Source: a virus. From it: a stretch of DNA of 64,000 bases. Positions 1 through 8,659 of the stretch are shown here, one piece after another. The first letter of the stretch is position 1, and each line of letters begins with the position of its first letter. A program made the position numbers and the translations under genes. The stretch spans positions 40,449-104,448 of IMG/VR virus record IMGVR_UViG_3300046474_000239; one strand, written 5' to 3'. The notes below the pieces were generated by a model. That model saw only the letters and a program-made list of their open reading frames with translations, had not been told where the DNA came from and searched no databases.

Positions 1-87
1 AGCAGGCGCACCTGCATCACATCCTAGGCGTACAGTCGGTCATGCTGATCCGTCGCCACGCACGCACAGCCAAGTAAGGGGACTGCC

Positions 88-303
88 ATGCAAACCACCA
101 CACGCGACACCATAGCGCTAGCCATGGCAGCCTTTGAACAATCGGGCGGCTCTATTACCCAATGCCCTACAGGGGAACACAGCCCTACCTATGACGCTGC
201 ATTCAAGCGCGCACTAGACCGCGCACAGTATGGATGCGCATGCGGTTGTAAGGGGGATTGGACAGAACACAGCATGCGCCTAGGCGAGCAGGGTATACGC
301 TAA
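88..303 (+). CDS. hypothetical protein (71 aa, CxCxC motif)
   Basis: ORF with AGGGG RBS upstream; no family recognised. Confidence 0.6.
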   Translation: MQTTTRDTIALAMAAFEQSGGSITQCPTGEHSPTYDAAFKRALDRAQYGCACGCKGDWTEHSMRLGEQGIR

Positions 304-308
304 CCGCG

Positions 309-322
309 TGCAATCAATTGCA
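309..322. repeat. 14-bp motif copy 1 (TGCAATCAATTGCA)
   Basis: exact copy, intergenic. Confidence 0.95.
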
Positions 323-370
323 CCAACTAACGGGCGGGATATGCCGCCCTTCTTATATAGGGGCTACATC

Positions 371-592
371 ATGACTATTCATATCGTTAAGCGCAGGGCT
401 ACATGCGGGAAGAGTACTAAGCGCGTACGGGGTAGAGAGTTCGCTAGCATGCGCACACACGCAAACACACAAGTAAGGCGAGTACTCATTGCATACTCCC
501 CTTATGACAAGATGCGGGTATGTCGGGGCGGGGACTACCAGACAAGGTACGCCATATACAGAATGTCGAATAACCAACTAATGCAGTACTAA
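371..592 (+). CDS. hypothetical basic protein
   Basis: ATG at 371 within ORF 308..592; Arg/Lys rich. Confidence 0.45.
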   Translation: MTIHIVKRRATCGKSTKRVRGREFASMRTHANTQVRRVLIAYSPYDKMRVCRGGDYQTRYAIYRMSNNQLMQY

Positions 593-602
593 GGGGTAGA
601 CC

Positions 603-785
603 ATGACCTATGTATTCAGAAGGCTAGACGGGCGGTTAGATTACATATACCGCAAAGGCCTACCATTCAGAGAGCGCACAGCACCATCAGTAGTCCGTCG
701 CCTTACACGCATCACCCGCCGTATGCCTATCCACTACAGAAGCATACGCGAAGCAAAGGCACGCATTGATCAGGCGTGCAATTGA
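603..785 (+). CDS. hypothetical Arg-rich protein
   Basis: AGGGG RBS; stop codon lies inside motif copy 2. Confidence 0.5.
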   Translation: MTYVFRRLDGRLDYIYRKGLPFRERTAPSVVRRLTRITRRMPIHYRSIREAKARIDQACN

Positions 786-790
786 TTGCA
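777..790. repeat. 14-bp motif copy 2 (TGCAATTGATTGCA)
   Basis: exact copy, reverse orientation. Confidence 0.95.
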
Positions 791-1063
791 CGGACTCACA
801 CGCGAAACGGGCGGATAGAATACCCTATCCACCCATAGGCAATACCCATGCCAGTACACAGAAAAATCCACCATAGAAAGTTTGGTGAAACGACAATACC
901 GTGCGCCGGACATTTTTTATGGGTACGAGTTTTGATTCCATGCTACCTAGATTCTTCGTCTACATTGTTTATCGTGCATCCAGCAATCACTCAGGTCATG
1001 ACAAGAACATGTCAGGTATTTGAGAGAGTCACGAGAGAGACAAATACAAACTCACACCTGGCG

Positions 1064-1077
1064 TGCAATTGATTGCA
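1064..1077. repeat. 14-bp motif copy 3 (TGCAATTGATTGCA)
   Basis: exact copy, upstream of TATAAT at 1126. Confidence 0.95.
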
Positions 1078-1093
1078 TCAGCGATGTCAAATG

Positions 1094-1131
1094 TCGGTGG
1101 TTAAAAATCTTCGGGGTGACCAGGGTATAAT
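1094..1131 (+). promoter_or_regulatory. putative early promoter
   Basis: TATAAT at 1126-1131; TCGGTGGTT at 1094 with the same spacing as at 11843. Confidence 0.5.
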
Positions 1132-1183
1132 GAGCGTGCAAGGGCATAACAATGAATGCCCAAAAATCGAAGGGGTGATCGCT

Positions 1184-1387
1184 ATGTTCCAACTAACCTA
1201 CTGGGCGAACGACACTATCGTCTGCAACAAAGATCGCCAGTCAGTATTGCCCGTAGTAGGCGACACCGTTTTCCTGGACGTGCCCTCTCCTGCACACTAT
1301 GTCGTGACGGCGCGCTGCATTGTCTACGCCGGGCTCGTTACACGAGTGGACCTCTTCGTAACCGTCACTCAAAAATCTAGAGGTTGA
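1184..1387 (+). CDS. hypothetical protein, paralog family A
   Basis: LPVVGDTVFL...YVV motif shared with 2442..2690 and 4268..4522. Confidence 0.6.
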   Translation: MFQLTYWANDTIVCNKDRQSVLPVVGDTVFLDVPSPAHYVVTARCIVYAGLVTRVDLFVTVTQKSRG

Positions 1388-1388
1388 A
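1358..1388 (+). repeat. 31-bp gene-junction direct repeat, copy 1
   Basis: GTAACCGTCACTCAAAAATCTAGAGGTTGAA; 29/31 identical to 1614-1644. Confidence 0.85.
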
Positions 1389-1392
1389 CGCT

Positions 1393-1617
1393 ATGAGCAA
1401 CTTGAACAACGCGGGGCCGACGCTCTCCTACAAACAGAAACGTGAAGTCGAACAGCTCGTGCGTGCCAAGGCTGCCGACTACTTGCGCACTATGGAAGTG
1501 CCACCTGTCTACCTGGTCGAGGCTACGAAAGCTCAGCAGGCCCTTGCACACGAGTACGCAATCGAAGTGCGCAACGACATGGCCAACGTCCTGCACATCG
1601 AAGCCACGCACCTGTAA
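1393..1617 (+). CDS. hypothetical protein
   Basis: GAGG RBS, phage-like codon usage. Confidence 0.6.
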   Translation: MSNLNNAGPTLSYKQKREVEQLVRAKAADYLRTMEVPPVYLVEATKAQQALAHEYAIEVRNDMANVLHIEATHL

Positions 1618-1644
1618 CCGTCACTCAAAAATCCAGCGGTTGAA
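1614..1644 (+). repeat. 31-bp gene-junction direct repeat, copy 2
   Basis: GTAACCGTCACTCAAAAATCCAGCGGTTGAA. Confidence 0.85.
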
Positions 1645-1655
1645 TGGAGAATCAA

Positions 1656-1934
1656 ATGGACACAGACAACCCAAGCGTTCGCTACCTGCACTTCATCCTC
1701 CTTGCGCGGAGCCACGGTTTGGAGAAGGACTGGCCTACTCTCATGCTGCGCAATCACGACAAGAGCCCGAAAGACGAGTTCGCTCGGGAGGTGTTCGAGT
1801 CGTTGGTTCTCCTGGGGCACATGACGCGAGAGGAGTTCGGAGTGTCGTTCCATGCAGGAGTTCGCTACTCCGTCACTGAGTCTGGCAAGGAGTTCTTCCT
1901 GGCCCTCGATAGCCAAAAACCTTTAGGAGGCTGA
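1656..1934 (+). CDS. small winged-helix-like protein
   Basis: L..LG.....YSVTESGKEF wing motif; GGAG RBS. Confidence 0.5.
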   Translation: MDTDNPSVRYLHFILLARSHGLEKDWPTLMLRNHDKSPKDEFAREVFESLVLLGHMTREEFGVSFHAGVRYSVTESGKEFFLALDSQKPLGG

Positions 1935-1935
1935 C

Positions 1936-2181
1936 ATGCACTACCCAGCGATTGGCCCGTTCTTCGGCTACCTCTTTATGTTGTCAGCGTTGCTGTACAT
2001 CGCAAAGACATCCTGGGTGATGTACAAAGGCGACTCCGGGCGGACTGGGCACCTTGCACTGACCTGCATCAGTCTAGGTCTCCTCCTGTTCATGACTGTC
2101 GTACCTACAGTCAGCGTCATGTCTATGCCTTCAACGTATGTTCCCTATCGCGAGTTCAACCCAACTCCAGGAGTATTTTAA
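1936..2181 (+). CDS. small membrane protein (2 TM)
   Basis: AGGAGG RBS; two hydrophobic stretches. Confidence 0.6.
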   Translation: MHYPAIGPFFGYLFMLSALLYIAKTSWVMYKGDSGRTGHLALTCISLGLLLFMTVVPTVSVMSMPSTYVPYREFNPTPGVF

Positions 2182-2208
2182 ATGAGCCAAAACCTTTAGG
2201 AGGTTGAA

Positions 2209-2445
2209 ATGACTACAGAGCAACGGCTGCGTGATTGCGCGACCCAAGGAGCCTGGCCTACCTGGCACGTCACGTCTCGCGAGCTGATGGAAAGTGATGC
2301 ACTGCGCCTTGAGATGTTGGACCTTCAACGGCTCGGCTACATCACCTGGCACCAGACCTCTACCATCAACCCCTTGCTCATTGTGGATGTCACACAGGCG
2401 GGTAAGGCCCACTACTTCTCACTCGTACACGGAACACAGCCATGA
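2209..2445 (+). CDS. small winged-helix-like protein
   Basis: AGGAGG RBS; LQRLGYI...VTQAGKAHY wing motif. Confidence 0.5.
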   Translation: MTTEQRLRDCATQGAWPTWHVTSRELMESDALRLEMLDLQRLGYITWHQTSTINPLLIVDVTQAGKAHYFSLVHGTQP

Positions 2446-2690
2446 ACCAACAAAACCACTTCGTTACCGTCATGCACAACGGCGAGATGATCTATGACAT
2501 CAGCGACGTTGAGCAGGTCCCGTCCATCGGTCACCAACTCGACTTGCGCAACAGCGATTTGCTCAACGCCATGTACACAGTAGTCGGTGTCACTTGGGAT
2601 CTTGCGGCGAGGAGCGTAGAACTTGACGTAGAACTCACCGAGATGTGTACCGACACACCTCCACTACCGTCAACAAACTTCAAGGGGTAA
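2442..2690 (+). CDS. hypothetical protein, paralog family A
   Basis: VPSIGHQLDL...YTVVGVTW; ATGA overlap with previous gene. Confidence 0.6.
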   Translation: MNQQNHFVTVMHNGEMIYDISDVEQVPSIGHQLDLRNSDLLNAMYTVVGVTWDLAARSVELDVELTEMCTDTPPLPSTNFKG

Positions 2691-2693
2691 ATC

Positions 2694-3005
2694 ATGCCTA
2701 CCCGCATCGTCACACTCTCCCAGTTGGCACTCCTACCCAAGGGCACCTTGGTTTGCCACGTCAACGCAGACAGCGACGGAGTGGCAGAGTTCGACATCCA
2801 GGGGACACTCCAGGTCGGGCCTCCTCACCACCTGACTGGGGTAGACGAGTCGTGGGTAGAACTGACGCCTGCCTTGCCTGACGTGAAGGTCGTGGACGGG
2901 CGGGTAGAGACAGGTTTCCCTCCTACAGACTACTGCCGTAACAGCAACTACCCTCATCGCTTCGTCGCGTACTCAGACATGGACCTCAGAAGGAGTAAGT
3001 CATGA
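2694..3005 (+). CDS. hypothetical protein
   Basis: tightly packed ORF with RBS. Confidence 0.55.
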   Translation: MPTRIVTLSQLALLPKGTLVCHVNADSDGVAEFDIQGTLQVGPPHHLTGVDESWVELTPALPDVKVVDGRVETGFPPTDYCRNSNYPHRFVAYSDMDLRRSKS

Positions 3006-3157
3006 TCGACTACATGCTGTTCTGGTTGGCCTTGTTCATTATCCTGGCTAGCCTGATCGCCTTCGGCTTCATCTGCCTGCTAGCGTTGGGTGCCCTCGTA
3101 ACGTTCAAGGATTGGCTGGCAGATGTCCGTTGCAGGCGCGCAAGGAGAAAGGCATGA
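3002..3157 (+). CDS. small single-TM membrane protein (51 aa; not in ORF track)
   Basis: AGGAG RBS, MIDYMLFWLALFIILASLIAFGFICLLALG..., ATGA overlaps at both ends. Confidence 0.6.
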   Translation: MIDYMLFWLALFIILASLIAFGFICLLALGALVTFKDWLADVRCRRARRKA

Positions 3158-3375
3158 GCATGTTCCACCGCTTGACCAAACTGGCCCGCCTTGTACACTG
3201 CGCGGCCAGCGGGCACCCCGGCTACGTGAAACACCCCGGCTACGACAGGCGCGTCACTGACACCGTGACGTACGAATGCACCATCTGTGGCGAGTGCACG
3301 ACGATGTACGCAGTGGGAGGGGCTCATGACCGTTTCCTTGAAAAGCACAGGTCAAAAATCGAGGGGATGAGATGA
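3154..3375 (+). CDS. small Cys/His zinc-binding protein, paralog family B
   Basis: C...GH....YECxxC; AGGAG RBS. Confidence 0.55.
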   Translation: MSMFHRLTKLARLVHCAASGHPGYVKHPGYDRRVTDTVTYECTICGECTTMYAVGGAHDRFLEKHRSKIEGMR

Positions 3376-3674
3376 TAAGCCTGTTCCACATAACTGCCCG
3401 AGTTGTACGGCGCGCTGTCATGCGCATCGGTTGCGTGTTTCGCGGGCACCACTACTACCCGTCGTTCCACCACCGGTACAAGCAGGAAGCCTGGTACTTG
3501 GCCCGTAAGGAAGAGACCTTCACCTATGAGTGTTGCGACTGCGACACACCTTTCGTAGTAAAAGGTAAGGCAGCTCACAAAGAGTTCCTTGCAGCGAAGT
3601 GCCCGAGCTGGGGCGGCCGAGGGTCAGACAGCCAGGGCTACAAATCTGACACCGAAAATTCCGCAGGAGAATGA
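3372..3674 (+). CDS. small Cys/His zinc-binding protein, paralog family B
   Basis: CVFRGH....YECCDC. Confidence 0.55.
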   Translation: MISLFHITARVVRRAVMRIGCVFRGHHYYPSFHHRYKQEAWYLARKEETFTYECCDCDTPFVVKGKAAHKEFLAAKCPSWGGRGSDSQGYKSDTENSAGE

Positions 3675-4186
3675 AGATGTATTGCACACCTCATAGCGTC
3701 ATCCATATGCAGGAGCGGGAGAACGGTATCGACTCCGCCGTCCACGATCTGATCATCCTGCACATCCGCAGCTCCCAGGTGATCGAGGGTGGCCCTCTCT
3801 ACGTCGCCACGGACCTCGACGGGCTGAACAGCGTGATGGTCTGCCTGGCTTCTCACCATCGCCCAGGTAAGAACACCCTGTTCAATCGTTGCAGGCCCAC
3901 ACCGTCTGCGGCAGCCATTGAATGGTGCAAGTTCCAGAACGTAGAAGCCGACTTCATCTACCACACGGGCGGATACGTCGACGGCGACAGACCGATCCCT
4001 GAGATCATCCCAAGCGGCGAACGTCGTTCCTGGGTTCCTCAATGGGAGGAGGGTCTCCCAGAGACGCGGAAGGACGTTCTCCTGGAGCTGCTGACCAAGG
4101 GCGAGGCGGTCATCACCCCCAAGTGCACTTGCGGCGAGCGCGACCACTTCGAGCCTCACGGCCCTAACTGCCCCACGCGCAGGTAG
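3671..4186 (+). CDS. hypothetical protein
   Basis: AGGAG RBS; C-terminal CxC...H..C. Confidence 0.6.
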   Translation: MKMYCTPHSVIHMQERENGIDSAVHDLIILHIRSSQVIEGGPLYVATDLDGLNSVMVCLASHHRPGKNTLFNRCRPTPSAAAIEWCKFQNVEADFIYHTGGYVDGDRPIPEIIPSGERRSWVPQWEEGLPETRKDVLLELLTKGEAVITPKCTCGERDHFEPHGPNCPTRR

Positions 4187-4267
4187 GCATCGGTGTCGGG
4201 TGCAAACGCGATACAACTTGTAGGACAATGCAAACACCACCTAAGCCAAACAACCAAAAGGATCAAG

Positions 4268-4522
4268 ATGATGAAACGCACCCGACTGAACTACCTGGAC
4301 GAATGGGGCAATGTGGTCGCAGAGCTGTCCCGCGTTCGCAACGTCCCAGCCAAAGGTGACGACGTGATCATCCACACCCTGGAAGAGGAGATCCCTTGCT
4401 CCGCCTCCTACGAGGTCATGCGCCGCACCTGGAACGCTGACGGTAGCGAAGTCGACGTGGTCGTCTCCCGCCAATCCCCTCTCGTTCCTACCTCCACCGC
4501 AGTATCCGAAGGCGAGGAGTAA
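4268..4522 (+). CDS. hypothetical protein, paralog family A
   Basis: VPAKGDDVII...YEVMRRTW. Confidence 0.6.
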   Translation: MMKRTRLNYLDEWGNVVAELSRVRNVPAKGDDVIIHTLEEEIPCSASYEVMRRTWNADGSEVDVVVSRQSPLVPTSTAVSEGEE

Positions 4523-4525
4523 GCC

Positions 4526-4744
4526 ATGGCGCGGCTCACCCGGCAGAAAAAGCACCAAATCCGTGGGGTCCTGAACAAGGCGATGGCTGCGAGGATCCGC
4601 ACCACCAACGCCGCTGAAGCGCTCACCAGCAGCCCGGATATGCCCGAGGCTACCGAGGACGAGCTGGCGTACGCCCAGAACTGGGTCAACGTCACCGCAG
4701 CAATGGTCGGCCGCGAGGCCACTGCCGAACCAGAAGGGTCCTGA
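4526..4744 (+). CDS. hypothetical protein
   Basis: GAGGAG RBS. Confidence 0.6.
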   Translation: MARLTRQKKHQIRGVLNKAMAARIRTTNAAEALTSSPDMPEATEDELAYAQNWVNVTAAMVGREATAEPEGS

Positions 4745-4746
4745 AT

Positions 4747-5178
4747 ATGACTGATACCAAATACACCATCGAGCTGAAAGAGATAATCGACCTGGGCATT
4801 TACTCCCGCGCAGAACGCACCATTCACCAGCTACTCAAAGGCCGCATCCTGCTGGTCGTCCGCACCTCCGACGAGTTTGATCACGGGCGGCGGGCGGCTC
4901 CAACATACCAAGCTTTGAGCGCTGAGGTGCTCGGGCAGCCAGGCTTCCTCAGCGATGCTTGGTTCGACACCCGAGACCAGGCTATCGACAACTGGGTACG
5001 CAGCATTCATGGCGTGGGGATGGCCTGGGTGCAGACCAAGACGGTCCAGGACGTACTCAGCCCGGATGCAATCATTCACAGCAAGGCCCTGTTCGTCTAC
5101 GCCCTCCTGCTGGACACCGACCCGGACATGGTGACCAGGCTCCTGGACAACAACGGCTACCGAACGGGTTCACTGTAG
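4747..5178 (+). CDS. hypothetical protein
   Basis: tightly packed ORF. Confidence 0.55.
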   Translation: MTDTKYTIELKEIIDLGIYSRAERTIHQLLKGRILLVVRTSDEFDHGRRAAPTYQALSAEVLGQPGFLSDAWFDTRDQAIDNWVRSIHGVGMAWVQTKTVQDVLSPDAIIHSKALFVYALLLDTDPDMVTRLLDNNGYRTGSL

Positions 5179-5238
5179 CTAGTCAAAGGGATTCGACTTT
5201 AGATACATTCAACTATGAAACTCTAAAGGAACCCTCCC

Positions 5239-5439
5239 ATGTCCACCAACACGTTCGCCCTGGCACTAGAGGCCTTCGCCCTCCTCTCGATGACACTGTG
5301 TTTCCTGCGGTACACGCAAGTGCCGGGAAGCTCGCATTGGACCGTCTGGGACTTCGTCGGCGCGGTCTCTCTTGGCATGGCGATTCTCTGCCTGGCTTTG
5401 CTGGCGCTCACCGTTCTGGCGATGTTCGGGTTCATGTAA
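5239..5439 (+). CDS. small membrane protein (2 TM)
   Basis: hydrophobic; AAGGA RBS. Confidence 0.55.
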   Translation: MSTNTFALALEAFALLSMTLCFLRYTQVPGSSHWTVWDFVGAVSLGMAILCLALLALTVLAMFGFM

Positions 5440-5448
5440 GGAGTCCCC

Positions 5449-6222
5449 ATGGAAGAGTTTTTCAATGCCCGGCCGGGCCTCGCCATTGCCTCAGTATTGT
5501 TCTGGGGCATGGCCATTTTCGTGGTCCTGGGGATGCTCGACGGGCCTGTCCGCAGATGGCGAAGAAGTATGATGTCAAGGTTCTGGGCCTGGAACGACCG
5601 CAAGTACGGACCTAAGGGCGGCTTGACTGTTGATCCGCCACCTCCGGCCAATACAGTCCCGTTGATTAGGCAGCGTCCCAATATGCGGGGTCCGGGCGGC
5701 CAGGCAACCCTCCACCTACAGGATCGCCGAGTCCAAAGGGTGCCCAGGTTCTTGGGCGTCGACATCCCGCGAGGGGTCGTGATGGAGACAAACCCCGGCA
5801 TGCCTAACAGATACGGGCTCAGGTTCCCCAGGGGCTTCTATTTGCCGCGAGAAGACCAGCGCCGTCTACAGACCCGAGCTGGTAACGCCTTCCACTTCGA
5901 GGTCTTCACCGACCAGCGCACCCAGAGCACCTTTATCAACGTCACCGAGCAACTGTCTCTGGAGTTCATGGCCGACTCCCAGGAAGGGCGCGAATACCTG
6001 TCTGAAATCGTTGCCGAGGTGTGCAGCCTGTATGCGGACTGGGCCATCGGCAAGGCAAACGCCCAGGTGGCCGACAAGGTTGAGAAGGCTGAGAAGCCCG
6101 TGGTAGAGCCTTCGCGGAGTGTTCGCATGCGCCAGCGGCGGGCGGCCAGTGTAGAGAGACAGAGTAGTAACAAAAGCGATACAGTTGACCCATCAAAACA
6201 GGAGAAACCTGATGAACAATGA
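5449..6222 (+). CDS. N-terminally membrane-anchored hypothetical protein
   Basis: AAGGAG RBS; one TM; Arg-rich C-terminal region. Confidence 0.6.
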   Translation: MEEFFNARPGLAIASVLFWGMAIFVVLGMLDGPVRRWRRSMMSRFWAWNDRKYGPKGGLTVDPPPPANTVPLIRQRPNMRGPGGQATLHLQDRRVQRVPRFLGVDIPRGVVMETNPGMPNRYGLRFPRGFYLPREDQRRLQTRAGNAFHFEVFTDQRTQSTFINVTEQLSLEFMADSQEGREYLSEIVAEVCSLYADWAIGKANAQVADKVEKAEKPVVEPSRSVRMRQRRAASVERQSSNKSDTVDPSKQEKPDEQ

Positions 6223-6823
6223 CAGCAAACCCTTGTACCTCAGTGACGTGCAATCAATTGCATTGGACGTTTTGCAAGCCCAAGTCGGCGCCTGGTTGCT
6301 ACAGATGTGGGGTCCGCTTTCGGCGGGCGATGTGCCTGAGCGTGTTCAGCGCTTCCAGGAAGAAGCCAATGAGCTGTGCCAGGCCATGGGCCTCACCCGC
6401 AAAGAGGCGCACATGCTGGTCGAATACACCTGGGACCGCCCGGTAGGTGAGCCGCACCAGGAAGTGGGCGGAGCGATGACCACCCTTGCCGCCCTTTGCT
6501 TCGCGTCAGGCCTGGACCTGCAAGCCGCCACGGCAGCAGAGTTCAACCGCTGCAACGGCCCGGCCGTGATGCAACGCATCCGCGAGAAGCAAGCACTCAA
6601 GCCGAAAAGCAGCCCGCTCCCAGGGCCTACCGAGATCGACTGGGCGGCAGAGCGAGAGCTGTTCCACCAGCGCCACCCGATGCCTGAAGGCGTAATCCTA
6701 TACAACAGCCCCAGCCTGCGTAATGCCGCGTACGGCTACGAGCACGTACGCTGTATTTCCGCAGCGATCAGCCACGACAAGCTGTGGTTCGGGTGGCGGT
6801 CCTGCGTGGAAGCTCACCAGTAA
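6212..6823 (+). CDS. MazG-like NTP pyrophosphohydrolase-fold protein
   Basis: ERVQRFQEEANELCQA...QEVGGAMTTLAALC pattern; AGGAG RBS. Confidence 0.55.
   Translation: MNNDSKPLYLSDVQSIALDVLQAQVGAWLLQMWGPLSAGDVPERVQRFQEEANELCQAMGLTRKEAHMLVEYTWDRPVGEPHQEVGGAMTTLAALCFASGLDLQAATAAEFNRCNGPAVMQRIREKQALKPKSSPLPGPTEIDWAAERELFHQRHPMPEGVILYNSPSLRNAAYGYEHVRCISAAISHDKLWFGWRSCVEAHQ
6249..6262. repeat. 14-bp motif copy 4 (TGCAATCAATTGCA)
   Basis: exact, intragenic (VQSIA). Confidence 0.95.
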
Positions 6824-7221
6824 TGCGCTACGTGATCTACAACAAACTCAAGCCTTGGTATTCCTGCGCCGAGGTTTGGACCCGCGACGGAACAATCACC
6901 GCCGCAACCCGCGCTTATGAGTGGGCAGTAGGAAAGGACGTTGGTTACCTGGTTGGGTGGGCCAGCGATAACGGAAGAGTCTGGATTTGCGAAGGCGCGG
7001 AGACTGCGCCGGGGGTGAACCATGAAAGACACAGCACTGCAATCACTGATGGATCAACTAAAGGGAATTTGGGAAGGCAACGAATCGCCTACAACGCTGC
7101 ATGGAAAGGAGTTGCAGCCAGGCGGGTTCCGGGCGGGGGACTTCATCCTGATGGTGAGTACGCCCCAGCCAAGCGAGAGGAGCAAGACCCTCCCGCCCGC
7201 GATCATGATGCACGTAGTTAA
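6823..7221 (+). CDS. hypothetical protein (3' end uncertain, overlaps next ORF by 200 nt)
   Basis: TAATG coupling to previous gene. Confidence 0.35.
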   Translation: MRYVIYNKLKPWYSCAEVWTRDGTITAATRAYEWAVGKDVGYLVGWASDNGRVWICEGAETAPGVNHERHSTAITDGSTKGNLGRQRIAYNAAWKGVAARRVPGGGLHPDGEYAPAKREEQDPPARDHDARS

Positions 7222-7345
7222 GGGGCGCCTGGGCGGTAACGGCCAGTACCTCGTCAGGCCAGACAGACTGATCGACGCCCTGGACAGCATCGCCGGTAAC
7301 CTGCCAAAAGGCTTTACGCGCATCTTCAAGGAGGGCGAGCAATGA
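7022..7345 (+). CDS. hypothetical protein
   Basis: GGGGGTG RBS; couples to next gene. Confidence 0.5.
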   Translation: MKDTALQSLMDQLKGIWEGNESPTTLHGKELQPGGFRAGDFILMVSTPQPSERSKTLPPAIMMHVVKGRLGGNGQYLVRPDRLIDALDSIAGNLPKGFTRIFKEGEQ

Positions 7346-7611
7346 TGATCTACCTAACTGCCTTCTGGTTAGCCGCCCTGTCGGCTTTCTTCAAGGGCTT
7401 CCAGCACAAGAACGTGCTGCACAGCATGTATTGGTGGGTCGCCGCGACCAGCGCAGCCATCGGGGTAGGTGACGCCTTCATGGTCAAGATGGTGTACGAC
7501 AACCATTGGAGCCTGGGGCTCTGCACAGGGCTAGGAGCGGCCCTGGGGATGGTGGCAGCTATCTACGTCCACGGCAGATTTGTTATGCCGCGTAAGGAAG
7601 TCGTAGGCTAA
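7342..7611 (+). CDS. small membrane protein (3 TM)
   Basis: GGAGG RBS; three hydrophobic segments. Confidence 0.65.
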   Translation: MMIYLTAFWLAALSAFFKGFQHKNVLHSMYWWVAATSAAIGVGDAFMVKMVYDNHWSLGLCTGLGAALGMVAAIYVHGRFVMPRKEVVG

Positions 7612-7692
7612 GTCAAGTCTGTGTCTTAGGACAGGATCTAGCCAGGGTTATAAAATGGCCCTGTACAACGGAAAGTCAGAAGAGGTGCAACG

Positions 7693-7911
7693 ATGCCGTA
7701 TCTTCCTGCAATACTTGGATTGATTCTTTTATCCCTTCTTGCAACATGTTCGACGGCCACACTCAACCTACCCTCTATCCAGATCACCACCCGCCAGTGG
7801 GACCATGTTTTCAACGTAGCGCTGGTCTTGGGGCTCCTTGCCCTGGCCGGACTTGCCACTATGTTCTACCTGGACTGCATCGCGACCCCTCGCGTGTACC
7901 GATACCTCTAA
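7693..7911 (+). CDS. small membrane protein
   Basis: GAGG RBS; two hydrophobic segments. Confidence 0.55.
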   Translation: MPYLPAILGLILLSLLATCSTATLNLPSIQITTRQWDHVFNVALVLGLLALAGLATMFYLDCIATPRVYRYL

Positions 7912-7919
7912 GGAGACTC

Positions 7920-8165
7920 ATGATGTACGCACTAGCCCTACTCCTGCTCAGCGCGGGCGCCGGACTCTTACCGGCCCTGATCTACGTCATCGCTCAGATG
8001 AACCGGATCCGCGCACTGTACGGCGCTCCGCGCCAGGACAACGCCCCGTACTACAAGGCGTCGGAAAAGGCACTTCGCCGCTTCTACGTTATCTGGGTAG
8101 TCGCGACGATCCTGCTACTCCTCTGCCTGCCCAGCTCGGGCGCCTTCCCTGATACCCGCTACTAA
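7920..8165 (+). CDS. small membrane protein (2 TM)
   Basis: AAGGAG RBS. Confidence 0.6.
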   Translation: MMYALALLLLSAGAGLLPALIYVIAQMNRIRALYGAPRQDNAPYYKASEKALRRFYVIWVVATILLLLCLPSSGAFPDTRY

Positions 8166-8176
8166 GGAGAGCCATC

Positions 8177-8659
8177 ATGGAACTTTTTCAAATCTACGGA
8201 ACCTGGTACTTGGGCATCGTGTTGATTGCTATGTCACTCAGCGCGAGAATCGGCAACGCCGCAGGCACACTGACCAGGCGTGGCAAGGTGCAGATCGCGG
8301 TAGGGTCATTGATCTGGCCGATCATGACCGTGGTCATAGTGGGCACGTTCGTAGTCCACCTCCTGGCATCGGTATTCGCGGGGCGGAGTGCGCCAAAGCC
8401 CAAGAAGATGGCACCGGCAGCAACGAGTGACCTAGACCCCACGAACCTCCTGATTATGCTTGGGGTGACGAACACCAAGGATGGGGAGACCGAACTCCTG
8501 AGCCTGTACAGCGAACTGGAGAAGTCCCTCAGCACACTGCGAACTTACGCCCAGGGGGTGGCCGAGATCCGCCATGGACAGCTTGCCCTTTCGACGATTG
8601 AGGCGATCAACCGGGCGCGGCTTCAGAAGATGGAACAGAGGAAGGAGGCAGCACGTTGA
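8177..8659 (+). CDS. membrane protein (2 TM + coiled coil)
   Basis: AAGGAG RBS. Confidence 0.6.
   Translation: MELFQIYGTWYLGIVLIAMSLSARIGNAAGTLTRRGKVQIAVGSLIWPIMTVVIVGTFVVHLLASVFAGRSAPKPKKMAPAATSDLDPTNLLIMLGVTNTKDGETELLSLYSELEKSLSTLRTYAQGVAEIRHGQLALSTIEAINRARLQKMEQRKEAAR

Noticed and set aside
848-1072. 74-aa ORF in the left-end region
   Set aside because: No clear RBS and atypical composition; more likely non-coding control DNA.
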